From the NCBI GenBank assembly GCA_964409365.1, contig CAYPCX010000002.1, positions 32,984 to 96,983 of the forward strand: a DNA stretch of 64,000 nt. Direction: 5' to 3'. The notes under the pieces are model-generated. The model saw only the letters and a program-made list of their open reading frames with translations, was not told where the DNA came from and ran no database searches. Origin of the DNA: an uncultured Planctomycetia bacterium (GTDB taxonomy: Bacteria > Omnitrophota > Gorgyraeia > Tantalellales > Tantalellaceae). The translations under genes and the position numbers were made by a program. Below are positions 40,101 through 55,100 of the stretch, piece by piece (the stretch's first letter is position 1; each line of letters starts with the position of its first letter).

Positions 40101-43100
40101 CAGGACCGAAACGGGCGAAAACGGCAAGGTAGTGCTTGACGGTGTCGAATACACGGTGAAGACGGAACAGGGCGTGATATCGCTGGAAGTGAGGGCCGAC
40201 ATCGACGGTGACGGGACGGTGGACGAGGACGACGAGGTCATACTGGAACTCGCGGCGGGTTCGACCGCGCCGTTCGAGCTCCTGGGGACCGAATACAGCG
40301 GTCTGGCTTCCGGCGCCAGGTCCGACCACATGAGCTTCGACGGCGTCGATGATCATATAACCGCGCCAGTGGTGCCCACATCCAGTATAACACTGGCGGC
40401 ATGGGCTAACATTGATCCTGCAGAAACGTTGGGAGAGATTGCCGGCTGGTCGAACATATACGTGAATTACGGTTTCTCATTACGCGTCGACGGAGACGAA
40501 CTCATCGCGAACGCCTCACAGAGCGATACTACTTATTTTCGCGATAACGTAAGGTATGACATCTCGGACCTTAAAGGCGAATGGGCGTATTATGCGATGA
40601 CATGGGAATACCTCGGCGGCGGTACGGCCGGAGACTATCCCATAAGAGTGAGCCTTTACGTGAACGGGGAACTTGTGGCTTTCGCTACGGGTTCCGACAC
40701 CGAGATCATGCCCCGCGGCGACACGGGGAGTTACGCGTTCAGAATAGGCTCTTCCGCATATTATTCGGGGACTTATTACAGGCCGTTCAAGGGTCTGGTC
40801 GACGATGTGTCCCTCTGGGACGAGGCCCTGACGGGAGGAGAGATACGGGAAGTGATGAGTTCCGGTCCCGAAGGCGGCGAGGAGGGCCTTGTCGCTTATT
40901 ATTCGTTCAATGACGGCACCGCCGTGAACAATACCGGTGACTATACGACCGACGGGACGATGGTCAATGACGTTGCGTATGTGACGGAGCCGGATTATCT
41001 ATGGCAAGAGGATACGATGGAAGGCATACTTTATGCCAGTTCAATCCCCGTAAGCGGCAACGTTTACCGGTTGACTTATGAATTCGACGACGTATACGGC
41101 CGCGGCAATTATAACATCGGCCTCGACGTCAGGACGCACGCGGCCGACACGGTGCCGCTCCCGGGTTTTGAGGGGTACAGATTTCTCGTGACGATCGACG
41201 GGGAAGACGCGGGGCTTATCGAAGTACCGCCGGACCGCATGACGTACCGTTCGGGCAGCGTGAACGCGGATCTTGAAGACGGTGACCACACGGTGACGTT
41301 CACCTGGCTTAATCCCGAGGAAGGCCTTGCCATCGATATCGGCAGGGTGTTCGTGGCAGATACCTGTTACGTGGAGGAGGCGGACATAAACTTCGATGGA
41401 GCGGTCAATTCGGAAGATATCCGCCTTTTCGGATCGCACAGGATAAAGGGCGAGCTTACCCAGACCATAGAGCTTGATACGAAGACCTACCGCGCGACGG
41501 TGGATCCGGCAAGCGGCATGGTAGTGCTTACCGACAGCGAGGGCACGAGGTATACGAACGCGGCCTCGAGAGAACCCGGAACGGCCCTCAGCTTTGACGG
41601 TTTCGAGGACCACCTGGAGGCATCCGGAGAAGTGTTGGACGGCCTGGAAGACTTCACCATCGCCGAACGCATAAAACTGGCGCAGGCGGCGAACGAAAGA
41701 AGCTGTATAATAAGCGGCCGTTACGGCGATACGGCCGAAGACGGGGAACTGCGCATAGTTTATGATTCACACGAGAATCGCTGGGAAGCGAACATAGACG
41801 GCGAAGTATATTTGTTCGGCGCCGATGATTCCATCGAGGATTCCGAATGGCACGCGATAGCCGTCACACGCGAGTATTCGACCCTTACCCTGTATATAGA
41901 CGGAGAACTGATAAGTACGGTAGAGGCGAACAGGAATACCATAAGGACCGCCGAGGACGGCTTCATGATCGGCGCGGGACAGTATCCGTCGGGTACCGCG
42001 GGGTGGTTCGATTCTCTGGAATCGTTCAAGGGCGAAATGGACGACATTTCCGTCTGGGGGAGGGCCCTTACCCAGGCGGAGGTACGCGAACTGTACAAAG
42101 GCGATCCGGCATCGACGATAGACGGCCCGGACGGTTTTGACAGGTATTGCCGCGCGTGGTGGGAACTTGACGAAGGCATGGGCGCCGAGTTCATGGACAG
42201 CACAGCGAACGACCGGGACGGGACCGTATCCGGCGCCGCGTGGAAAGAGGCCGCGTACGGATATGAAGATCCCGAATACGGCCGGGTCAAGGATACCATA
42301 GACATACCGCTGGTCTCGGATCCCGATACGGCAGTTTCTTACGTGGTAGCCGTCGATCCGGAGACCTCGGTGATAACCCTGGTGGAAAAGAGTATCTACG
42401 ACCTCAACGCCGACGGCAGTTTTGATACGGCTGACAGCGATATAATGAGGGACGCCATGGTCGCGGCGCTTCTGGAGAAGGACGCCAACGACATAAAGAG
42501 CGTATCCACGACAGAGTACACATGGGATTTCAACGGTGACGACACCATCTCCAGCGACGGTTTCGCCCTGCCGGCGCAGAACATGCCGTACGTGGAATAT
42601 CTGCTTAATGTGGATGAGGATGACGAATACCATGTAGGCCTTTCCTTCCGCAACGATACCCCGTATTCGAAGGCGAACAACTGGACACTGCCGTGGGGTT
42701 CCGATGTAGAGAACTGGGAGATATTCTCAGGGCACTTCCGGAATGACCTGACGGCGGCGGTATATACGACCACCGGCGGGGATATCTCGGGCAGCATGAA
42801 GATGGACATGACCGGTACGGATCCGTGCCTTTTCTATACCCGTTATTACGCCGCCTCGGAAGATCCGGATTACAGGCAGGGCTGGGCGGACGGTACGAAC
42901 GCGGCAGTCAACATGGATACGACCGGTTTCGTCGAGATCTGCTATAGATATGAGGGTGATTATACGCCCGATACGGCCGTTATATCCTGGAGCAGGCAGG
43001 CAAAGGCCTGGGACGAGAAGGACGACCTGCCGTTCGAGCTCGAGTTCGACGTAACTGGAGTGAAAAAACCGGAGGGTGAATACAAGACAGTACTCCTGGA

Positions 43101-46100
43101 CATGAGCTCGGTCGAAGGGTGGACCGGTAATATGCAGGCTTTCCGTTTCGATCCGGTTGAAGAAGCCGGGATCGATTCCGGTACGGTCGAGATAAAATAT
43201 ATAGCTTTCAAGGAAACGGCGGAAGGTGATCCCGTCGCGTTCTGGGGCGACTCACCGGGTATCGAGGCGCAGGACGAGCTCAAGCTCAGGGTCTTCGTGG
43301 ACGGTGAAGGATATGATGACTTCTACTGCGGCAATATAAGCGTTCCCTGGAAATCCACGGAAGAATCCGTCGATTATTACAGCGACGCGCTCGAGATACC
43401 GCTTACCCAGGGCGTGTACACGGTAAGATTCCAGTGGGCCAATGACTACGGCGAGGAGACAACTCTCCGCGTGGAGAGGATGTTCCTTACCAACATGACC
43501 AGCACGGCCGCTGATTTTAACGGCGATTACGTCGCGGACGATGAAGATCACGACCAGATGACGGAGAACCTCGGCATGAACGTCGCCGAGGGCACGCTGC
43601 AGCTCGAGGACGACCTCTACGAGATCACCAAGGTGGAAGAAGCGCCCGGCATGTTCATCTATGAACTGAGAAGATTCACGGATGAGGCCGAGCTTGCCGT
43701 GAGCGATCCCGGCCAGCGCACCGTCCGGATAGCGGGGACGAACTATAACCTCTTTGTCGATAAGATAGAGGAAAGCATCACTCTCGCGAGTTCCGGGCTT
43801 TTGAGCATGCCGGTAGCGGACGGCGAGATCGCCTTCAAGGGAGGCGAATATGCCTATGAATTTATCGAGGATGGTCTTCTGAAGTTCATAGAGACCGCAC
43901 CGGCGGCTACGGCTGTTACGGTCCAGCATCCGAGCTGGAGCAGCGAGATAACCGTGGGAGGCCAGACCTACGGTGTTATCGAGACGGCCGGCGGCAAGGT
44001 CACGCTGATACCCGCGGAAAGGGAGGAGATAGTGTTCTCGGCGGTGTCCGATCCCGCCGGCGGGACGGAATTCCTGCAGAACAATACGCCGGTCGAGCCC
44101 CAGGAGACGGAATTATGCATGATAAACGGGGTAGAAGTCGCTTCCTCCGAGTGGACCACGAAGGCGGGTATTAACATCGTTACCGTGGACAAGGATACGG
44201 GTGAACGGGAATTCACCAGCTGGGAGACCGACCTGGAGGCCAATGTCCAGGCGATGACGGTGTATTTGAGGAACCATGCCCAGGGGACTATCGTGATAGC
44301 TTCCAAGGGCGGCAGCAAGGTAGGCGCTCTTAACGAGGATGCCTTCCTCGCGCTGGAGAGCGCCGGCAGCGCGCATATCAGGGATGTTGTCAGCGGTTCC
44401 ACCTGGAGCATGGTCGGGTATATCGGCGCTTCGGAGGGCAGCGTGACCGAGGAATTCGATTCTTTAGGCGCCTCGGATTCGACCAGCAACGAGGTCGTAT
44501 ACATAAAGGACGGCCCGCACCCGACGAGCTACTTGAGCAACACGAAGATTGCCATTAGCGGCACGGAGTATGAAGTAGCCCATGACGACAGCGGGCTGCT
44601 CCGACTTGATATAAGGAAGGAATACGAGAGTTTTATCGAAGAACTTACGGGAGGCTACACCACGCACAAGGTCGAGATAGACGGCGCCGAATACACGATA
44701 ACCCAGGACGAAGAAGGAAGGCCGTCCTTGTACAGCGAGGGAGAAGTCATAACCGAGGAAGGCAGGAAGACGGTCGTCGCCGGCGGAAAAATATATTCGG
44801 TGACTTCCGTAGAACCCTCCGAAGGAGAACTGCTCACGCCGGAACAGGAAGGTAAACTGCGGCTTTACAGCGCGATATCATCCGAGTTCACCTCGGCCTT
44901 CATGATGGGCGGCGTCGAGATCACGCCCGCTGATGCGGTAATGGAACCGACGCGCCTCGAATTGGACGGCTACGTGCCTTTCGTCCAGGAAAAGTGCGTG
45001 GATTTCGATGGCACCAATGATTATATCGATTGCGACAACATAATGAACGGTTTTACCGATTTCTCCATCAGCCTGTGGCTAAAAACGGATCAGAATACCA
45101 ATTACGGGACATCATATGGGCATCAGGCTCCTCCGATAATCGGCACTGAGATGGGGTCCGGGAATACGGAAGACTTTGTCCTTACGAATTATGACGGAAA
45201 ACTGGTCTGGTATGACGAATTGGGTGAGACCTATAACACCTACGATACCGGCGTGTTTATCGCCGATAACCAGTGGCATCATGTCGCCGTGGTAAGGTCC
45301 GGTTCGACTATTACTTTCTACGTGGATGCCGAAGAAGCCGGTCAGTGCGCCACAGGGACGGATGACGTGGAAAATGACGCCGTCAGCATAGGGGGCAGAT
45401 GGTGGGATGGTTATGACTGGAAGCATTTCGACGGCATGATCGATGAAGTAGCCATTTTTGATACTGCCCTGGCGGAAGAAGATGTCGAGGCACTTTTGAG
45501 CTACAAGATTGAAGGAAATGAAAGTAACCTCACCGCTTATTATTCGTTCGATGACCATACGGCCGAAGACAGCTCGGTTAACGGTAACGATGGAACGATA
45601 CTGGGAGATACATATGACAGCGAGACGAAGTGGGTGGACGAGACCGGCCTGTATCTGTATACCACTGATGAACGCGAGCACATTTCCGTGCCTTACCAGG
45701 CCGTGGAAGGCCTCTCCGATTTTACTTATTCCATAAGGGTAAAAGCCGGGGGACTTGAAGAAGGGATATTCCTCCTGGATACCGAAGGAACGGACGCCCT
45801 TACGGTCTACTATGACACTTCCACCGAAGAGTGGTGCGTGAAGATAGGGAACGATCTTTACAAACTCCAGGATGATTCGCTGACAGATATGGGCTGGCAC
45901 ATGGTCACGGTGACGCGCGAATACTCGACGCTCGCGTTGTATGTCGATGGGGCCGAGATCGAGACGATCGAGGGTATAACCGAGGCCCAGATAAGCGTAT
46001 ACACAACGGACGCGTGCATAGGGCCGGGACTGGTAAAGATCGATACTGTGGCTAAAGTGGACAAGGAAGGTTTTGCCGGGATTAAGGCCGGTTTCCGCGA

Positions 46101-49100
46101 TATATCCGTCTGGGAAAGGGCGCTTGACGGGGCGGAAGTTTCCGCGCTGTATACGAGCGAGCCCGCTTCAATAACGGGTTACGGCGACGACTGCCGCGCG
46201 TGGTGGGCGGTCGATGAGGGTACGGGCGCGCAGGTACTTGATGCGACGGACAATTCTTATGACGGAGCATTCGAGCTGGGCGCCTGGGCGATCCAGGGCG
46301 AAGTGAAGTGCGGCCATGACGGGGTGTTCACGAACGAAACGGCGCTCTGGGCTCCGGAAGACGGCGTTAATATGGCCTATATCCCGCCGGCCGGTGACAT
46401 CGAATTCTCGACCTGGGATACGAGCTATACCACGAACGCCGGCGCGATGGCGGACTATCTGGAAGGGATATACTCCACCGGCATGCGGGAAGGCGCGGTA
46501 CTCCTGGTCTCGATACAGGGGACGACCGCCGCTACCGGCCTCACCGAGGACGCTTTGGCGGCGCTTGAGGCTTTCGGTTCCCTGGAGATAAGGAAAGTTT
46601 CAGCGAGCGACAGGTGGAGCATGGCCGTTCTCGTGGAAGAAGTATCCGAAGACGGGACGATCACGGTAAGCGCTGTGCAGGAAGACCGCAGTGATACGGC
46701 CGGTGCGTCAAGCCACAGCCTGGCGTGTCTCGACGAGGACGACTCTCTCGGCGGGATATACGGCAGGAAGATGACGATCGACGGGGACGTCTACAGGATC
46801 ATTTCTGACGGAAGCGGCGCCATGATGATGGAAAGGAGCGAGAAGGTCTTCATCCTGAGCGACGGCACGGAAGAATTCATGACCGGCCCGAACGGCATCA
46901 TAACGCTCGGGGACAAGGATTATTTCGTGATCGAGGACGAGTCCGGGATCTACCTGAAGCCGGTCCATGTTGCCGACCTGGACAGGGACGGCGACCTGGA
47001 CAGGGAGGATATCGATCTTATGGACAGCCACATGGGATCCGCCCTTATCGAAAGAAAGGCAGCGGCCGACTCCGCGTTCCGCTACCTCTTTGACTCGATG
47101 GAATCGGGTGGTGAACTGTATGCCACGAGCCTGGCAGAGAACCCGTATATAGAAGGCTTGTATACCAATTCGTCCGCTTCTTCAGGGGATATACTGGCGG
47201 GTATAAAGCTCAAGGGATATTCCGGATATGATGTGCCGGAAGAGGGCTATAAATTCGATGTAGACATAAAAGGCCCGGATGATAGCGTGCATCGTAACGT
47301 CGGACAGATAACCGTGTTCGCCGGAGAGGACTATTACGGTGAGGCGTCGATCCTCCTGGAGGATATGCCGATAGGCGAATATTATGTCAGGTTCACGTGG
47401 GTGGACCAGGAAGAAGGCACGGCAGTGCAGGTAAAGGAATATTTCTTCGAAGATGACAAATACCTGAAGGCGGCCGATCTCAACAGTGACGGAAAGATAG
47501 ACGTTGAGGACAAGATGATCATGCACGAGAGTGCCGGTGACAGCGTACGGTTCGCGACACTGGATATAGATGAAGAGCTTTGCTATGTGACATATGAGTT
47601 TTCCGATAATCAGTACCACTTCTACTACATGGATGAGGAATACATCAGCGACGAGAGCAACCGGTTCGTGGTCCTGCCGGGCAGGGCGGAAGGTGAGAAT
47701 ATCATTTACAGCATTGCCGTGGGCGAGCCTGACGAGGCAGGACGCCTCCAGATACAGCTTACCCAGGTGCTCTGGGGCGACATGAACTCGGACGGCGTCC
47801 TGGATCCCGTGGGTGACAGGGTAGCGAAGATAGCCGAATATCTCTGGGATAACAGGGATAGCGCCATATCGCTGGATGAAGTAAGGCTCATGATAGACGC
47901 CATGAACGTAACGGCCGATGAACTGCGTGCCGCCAATATCTATTATGACAAGGATATCGACGGTAACGACCTGGTGGATTCGGAAGACGCGGGGCTGCTT
48001 GAGACCATGAAACGCTTCGTCGCGGACGTCCTGGCCTATCCGGAGAGGGTCGATTATATCCCAGTTGACGCGAACGTCCTGGTAGATGCCGATGGCGAGG
48101 TCAAGATATATGACGCCGCGGACGACAAACTCTGGAAGAAGTTCCTGCCTGACGGGCGCGTGTTCCGGTACGACAAGGACGGCCACCTGGACGAGATGAC
48201 GGACAGGACGGGAAACCTGATATACTGCCACCATGACGAGGAGGACCAGACCACGGTCACGGTCGATATCACGAACGATATTACAAAGTCTTATGACCAG
48301 CAGGGCAGGCTCGTTGAGGTGATCAGCGAAGAAGGCGAGTTGACCTACGATTATACTACAGTCGGCCAGACGATCATCCAGCATGAGACGAGGCTCGAAA
48401 GCACGTACACCACCCGAGGATTCGACTGTATGAGTTTTGATGAAGACGTTGAGCAGGTCCTGATAGAGGGCGACTCAAGCCTTAATGCCTCGGAAGCGTT
48501 CACCGTATCGGCATGGTTCAACTGGTCGGGTGGGTCAAGCTGGGAGAATATTATTGCCAGAGGCGACAGGGAAACGGGCGGGTTCACTGTTCATATAAAT
48601 ACCACCTATAATAAACTGTATGTTCAGAGAGACAACGGCTTGAGCAGTTTTTATGTCGATGTCGAGATCGAGGTGGGCGAGTGGTACCATGTCACGGTCG
48701 TAAAGGAGTCGGACGATAATGTGCATGTGTACCTGTACGATGCTTCTACGGATACCACCGCGACTGCGGACAACACCGGTTTTGATGTGGGGATCGCTTC
48801 GGACCTGAACCTCTCGATCGGGAACTGGGAATATAATTACCCATCCAGTTCTTTCCATGGATATATCGATGAGGTTGCGTTCTTTGACCGCGCCTTGGAC
48901 GCTACAGAAGCCCAGGAGCTTAAAGGAACCAAACTGAACGGCACCGAAGACGGGCTTGTCGCCTGCTATTCGTTCGACGACGGCACGGCCAAAGACATTA
49001 CGGGGAACGGCCGCGACGGTTTCGCTACTTCTACTTTCGTCCAGATGCACGAGGTCTCGGACGATGCGATCGAATTCTCGGCAATAATTCCCGAGGAAAG

Positions 49101-52100
49101 GAAAGCCGTGCGAGAGTTCGCGTCCGACGATCACCGGCTTATCAAGGATTATCTGGCCGGGGACCTGGGCTCTTACAGGGAATATGAGTATTACGCTTCC
49201 GGGGATTTCGGGGGCATGGTCGAGAAGATCACTTACGATTCCGGATATTACGAGACTTATGAATATTACGGCGCGTCCAGCCTGTTCGAAAACGAGATAA
49301 AGACCGTGACTTACAATACGCTGGCGGAGTCCGATTATCTTACTTTCGACGGAACGGATGATTACATCGATTGCGGTGATATAGCCGATTTTCATGACAT
49401 CGAGTACGGTACGGTAGAGACCTGGATCAAGGGGGTAAACGGGACCGTCTTCGATTTCGGTAACGGTATGGAAAGTAGCGCTGACAGGTTGAAGCTGGAC
49501 GTTTCGAGTTCTGAGGTGGAATTCTACCTCCATAGCGGGAATTCGACGGCATGCCCGGTCACGCTGGACCCGGACGAGTGGTATCACGTGGCCGTGGTGT
49601 GGAGTAGTACCGGCATGGAACTTTATATTGACGGCCTGCTGGCGGCGACGGATGACTTTTCGAACGGCCTGGATTACGACTACACCAACTTCCTGATCGG
49701 GGCAAATACTTTTGACGAATATTGTACCGGCTCTATCGACGAGGTCGCTGTTTATGATCACGCCCTGACGGGAGATGAAATAAGGCAGCATTATTCTGAC
49801 GGCCTGGAGGGGACTGAGACGGGTCTGGTAGCGTTCTACGCGTTCCAGGACGGGGAAGTTACCGATGGTTCCGGTAACGGCAAGGATGGCGTGAAGTATG
49901 GGACCACCACTGGTCTGGACAGGGAAGTCCAGGGCGAATACACGGAAGTGGAAGCGTCCGAAAACTATTCCTATTCTGCCGAAACACGCAGGCTTATCAA
50001 GGTAGAAGAAAAGGACTCCGAAGGCGCTGTCACCGCCGTCCATGATTATTCCTACGTGAGGAACTCTGACGGTGAACGTCTCGAGAAGGTCCTGGATATG
50101 GACGGGACGCTCCTTATCGTCGAGGAAGACACTTCCGGGGAAGAGGCGGTCTATATTTTCAGGACACCCGAGCTGACGATAGGAAGCGGAAAGATAGGGG
50201 ATACGTTCCTCTTTAGCGGCAAAGAATACAGGATAACGGGGACAGGCCTGGATGATATCGGTTTGTGGGAACTCGGCCTCAAGTTTGACGGCGCGGATGA
50301 TTATATCGGCTTGAGTTCCTATCTCAGCTGCGAGGAGTGGGAAGAGGTTACCCTCAGCACGTGGGCCTTTATCGATCCGTCGGAAACGGATGCCGAGATC
50401 CTCGGCTGGATGTATGGCGACAATATAGATGATTACGGATTATCTCTCAAGATCGTAGAAGACAATGCGGATGGGAGAACCTACCTGCGTGTGAGGGGGT
50501 CGGCCGACAACAGGACATGGTTCTATGAGAACGTATATTACGATATCACGGACCTTAAGGGCCAGTGGGCGCATTACGCCGTGACATGGAAGAATCTCGG
50601 TGAGGATGCCGAAACAGGCGATTACTTCGTAGAAGTAAAGCTTTACGTGAACGGCGAGGCGGTCGCATCCGGTGTGAATCTCGAGAATTATCCCGATCCG
50701 TTCTGGAACAGCTACAGGAGGTTCAGCATAGGCGGGTGTTATAGCGGCTCGGTCACAAGGGTGCTTAACGGCGCGATGCGTGACGCGTCCGTATGGAGCA
50801 GCGCGCTCAGTGAGGAGGATATGGCTGATATCTATTCCGGTGCGCTCGTTTCGAGTATAAACGGTTATGCCGAGGATTGCGAGGGCTGGTGGCGTCTTGA
50901 AGAAGCTTCCGGAACTGTAGCGGAAGACCAGACCCTCAATGACAGGGACGGTACCATTAACGGAGGAGCATGGGGCAACGTCAGGTCTTCTTACAGTACC
51001 GCGCCTGTTGTGTTATGTGAAGATGAGATAAGGGTCCTGGGGAGTGAAGAGGATAACAAGCTCTTCAGGGTAGAAGAGCTGAGCGGCGAGAAGCTGACCA
51101 TATCTTCCGCGACGGCAACATATAACCAGACCGGTTACGATATATCCGAAACCCTTGACGGCATCAAGGATAGCGCGGATAACGGCTGGGCCGTAGACGG
51201 CCACTGCGGCCAGTCGGCCATGTTTACGTTCGACGGCCTGCCGGCGGTGGATACCGTGGTCCTTACGCAGACTACCGGCGATGACCTCAAAGACTTCGAA
51301 CTTTATTACACCGTGGATGAAGACCCGTCGTTAACGGACAGCATATGGGTAAGCGTGGAAAACCTTACAGTTCAGAACCTGGGCAGCGGTTTCTATGTTG
51401 ACGGGGATCACAGGGTGCTCGTGGAAGGGGCCGGATCTGACGAATATGAACTCGTGTTCGATTCGGTGAAGATGACGGCCCTCAAGATACAGGTCAATGA
51501 CACAATGGATGCGGACCATAACTTCGTCCTTTCGGAAGTAGAAGTATTTGGCAGCACGTTTGAACGCATTTACGCCGAAGAAGCAAGAGTAGAAATAGGC
51601 GCTGAATACATACCCGCTTCGGAATTTGTTATAGCCGCCGAAGACGAATATACGACAGCCGCCGGACAGGAAGGGACCACCGAGTTCGTCTTCCAGGCGA
51701 CCAGGGAGAGAATAGAGAACGAGATACCGGAGCAGATAGTAAGCGTCCTCGCGTATACGATAGAGGGCACCCTTGAAGATGTTGAGGTTTCCGGCGGGAA
51801 ACTGAAGATCATGGGCCACGATGTGATCGCGCCCGCGGAAATCTATCTTGATGATGAACTGACCAGCCTGGCCGGGCTCGAAAGCGCGTTGCTTGACGCG
51901 GAGGGAGAAGGACTCCTGATAAGGACGGCGACGGACATTAATATCATGGAGGTCCAGGACGGGTGGCAGATAACCGGCGATGAAATAAGGCTCTATACCT
52001 CACCGGTCAACGCGGTATATGCGGTCGATGGAAAACTGGTCAGCGTAGATTATGCGAATGGAACGATTACCGTAGGGTCTGAAGAAATATCGATCTATGA

Positions 52101-55100
52101 TACCAGGCCCACCGCGGACTTCTCGACCGGAGGCGACGCGCCGTTCTACGTCCAGGGAGAGACTGTTTACGGCGATAGTTTCTACGCCCTGCAGTCCGGG
52201 GATATCTCCGACGGGGAAAGAAGCGTGCTGGAAAGGGTAGTGACGTTCGACGAAGATGTGGAGATAAGCTTCTACTGGAAGGTGTCCTCGGAATATACAA
52301 GTTATACCCTCTCAGGGAATCTTGATAGTGTGGATTATACCGCCGGCACTCTGGTAGCGGGAGGGGAAGAGGTCCGGCTTTATGATCCCGTTCCCGGTGC
52401 TGATTACTCCACCGGCGGGGACGCGGCTTTCTTCGTCCAGCCGGAAACAGCTTCCGACGATGGTAATTATTTTGCTCTCAAATCCGGGCCGATCTCTGAC
52501 GGCGAGACCAGTATTATCGAAAAAGTGATAACGCTCGAGCAGGACGGCGAGGTCAGCTTTGATTGGAAGGCCTCAACGGAAAGTCCTCAGCATGCGCTCA
52601 CTGGCAAGCTGGACGATGTGGATTATACGGAAGGGACTATCACTATCGCCGGAGAGAAAGTCCTGCTTTACGATCCTACGGTCGGAACTGATTACTCCAC
52701 CGGCGGGAACGCGGCTTTCTTCATCCAGCCGGAGACGGTCTATGATGACGGCGAATCACTCTTCGCCCTCCAGGCCGGGGATATAACCCATGACGAGATC
52801 AGCGCGGTCGAGAAGGTCTTCACGCTCGATAACGACGGCGAGATCAGCTTTTACTGGAAAGCCTCCTCTGAGGAGACCAAAGACCTTTTCCGATTCCTGG
52901 TAAATGACACTGAGTATACCACTATCTCAGGTGATAGCGGATGGCAGCAGGTGACAAAGACCCTTACCGCCGGCACGTATACGGTCAGGTGGGAATACAC
53001 GAAGGATGCCGATGATACCGGTGCGACATACAAAGACACGGCCTGGCTCGATAATGTCGTGATCAGGGCCGAGGCGGAAGAACTCGACGATTTCGAGGCC
53101 GTCGGAGACGGTACGGGCGGGTGGCACATGAATCATGTCTATCCCAATTACGTACCGCCCTACACGATGACCGCTAATGATACGACCATACTTGGCGGGT
53201 ATTACAAGTTCGGCCAAGGCGCATGCGCTGTTAAGGAATTCACCGGTGTCCCGCAGGGTGAGGTCACCATAAGCTTTGATTATTATTTCATCGATAACTG
53301 GTCGAGTGATGACGGCATCCTGTACGTGAACGGCGAGGAAGTGTGGAGATTGACGCACACCTATGACAGCGATGTCGGAGGCGATGACGAAGAGGACGGC
53401 CTGCTCACGGAGATAGATCAGGTCGGCAGGACCGGCACCAGTTACAGGGACTGGGTAGGTAACTTTGAGATCGTCTATAACAATACGAGCGGATCGGATA
53501 CACTGAAGTTAGCTTTTACTTCCACCACGGACTCCGCGAGCGGTTACACCGAATCGTTCGGTATGGATAACGTCAAGATAGAGATGATAAAGCCGGTCCA
53601 TGAAGAAGCGTTCGAACCCGAAGGCGGCTGCCCTGTGATCGTGATGGACGAAGTGACCGTTTCGGCGGCAGCGCTCGCGGGGGCGGATTGCGAACTCGAC
53701 GCAAGCGGAGAAAATATCGTCTGGACCCCCGAAGGATGGACGTTGAAAGGGGATACTGTGGATTTTGTCTCCCCGTCGGCCGCCATGGAAGTCGAGATCT
53801 TCGGGGCCCTTACTGATGTGGATACCGGTAATGCCGTATTGACCATCGGCGCTTATACTGTGTACGCGCCGGAGGCGGTCCTTCTTGACGGAGAGACAGT
53901 GACCCTTGCCGATCTTGATAATATGCTCCAGGACCCGGATCATGCGGTCAAATTCGATATTCGCACGCTCGCGACTGTTGAAGGAGAGTATACCGATACA
54001 GGCATATTGTTCACGGGGAATTCGGTAGAGCTTAACCTTATCAAACTCGGAGATGCTGACCGGTTCAGTTTTTACGTCGGAGATACCCTGGTAGATGAGA
54101 TCTACGGCGAGACGGACTGGACGGAAGCCACTCACGCGCTCACAGCCGGTACGTACACGCTGAGGTGGGAATATGCGAAAGATGACCTCTGGTCGCGGGG
54201 TGACGACACCGTGTGGATGGATGATCTCCGGGTCGACCTGAACGCTGAAGAATTCTATGATTTCGAGACAGGGGCTGATCTTGACGAGTGGTTTACTGAT
54301 GGTGCTTATTATGACACGACGCAGTATACCACGAGTGCTGACGGCACTACTATCCTGGGCGGATATAATAAATTCGGGCAAGGAGCGACGGCTTCCACGG
54401 TCCTGACCGACGTACCACAGGGCGAGATTACTATAACCTTTGATTATTATTTCATAGATAGATGGGACGGCGCCGATGATGAGGGATTTCTGAAGATAAA
54501 CGGCCAGGAAGTATGGTCGCTGGCGCATAAATATGATAACTCCCTGGCGGAAGAATCCGGGCTGCTTCAGGAGATCATTCCCCAATGCGGCAATTACGTC
54601 TATGTCACCAATTCAACTTACCGGGACTGGGTAGGGAGCTTCGAGGTCGTATATGATAATACGGGCGGCCCGGATACTCTCGTGCTCACTTTCGGTTCCA
54701 CATTGGAGGAGGGCGCCGCCGGTACGGCTGAATCATGGGGTATAGATAAGGTGAAGGTCGAGATGGCAAGGCCGGTCCATGAAGACGTCTTTGAACCGGC
54801 CGGCGGCTGTCCGGAGATAACACTGGACGGCGTGTCGATCTCACCCGCTGAGCTTGACCCGGCAGAGCACCTGATCGGCGGCGACGGCGAAGGCGTAATA
54901 TGGACTTCCGACGGGTGGGTTTCGGAAGATGATACATTAGGATTCCTGACGTTGCCGGCTACCGTTACGGCCGTTTACACGACGCTATACTCGACGGAAG
55001 TCACGTATGGCCCAAGCAGCGTGGCGGTCACCGATCCGCTCGCTCTGGGACTTGACGAGCCGGCTTTTGTCCAGGACAGCTGCCTGGATTTCAACGGTGC

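Noticed and set aside
40330-43215. Inteins or introns as the source of the inserted domains
   Set aside because: I saw no Hint motifs (N-terminal Cys/Ser block, terminal His-Asn) or endonuclease domain at the junctions, and the inserts are lectin-like folds.
52100-52900. Three ~285-nt repeats (gattactccaccggcggg...) as a CRISPR-like or non-coding array
   Set aside because: They are in-frame, degenerate at third codon positions and encode repeated domain halves. There are no identical short repeats with unique spacers and no cas genes.
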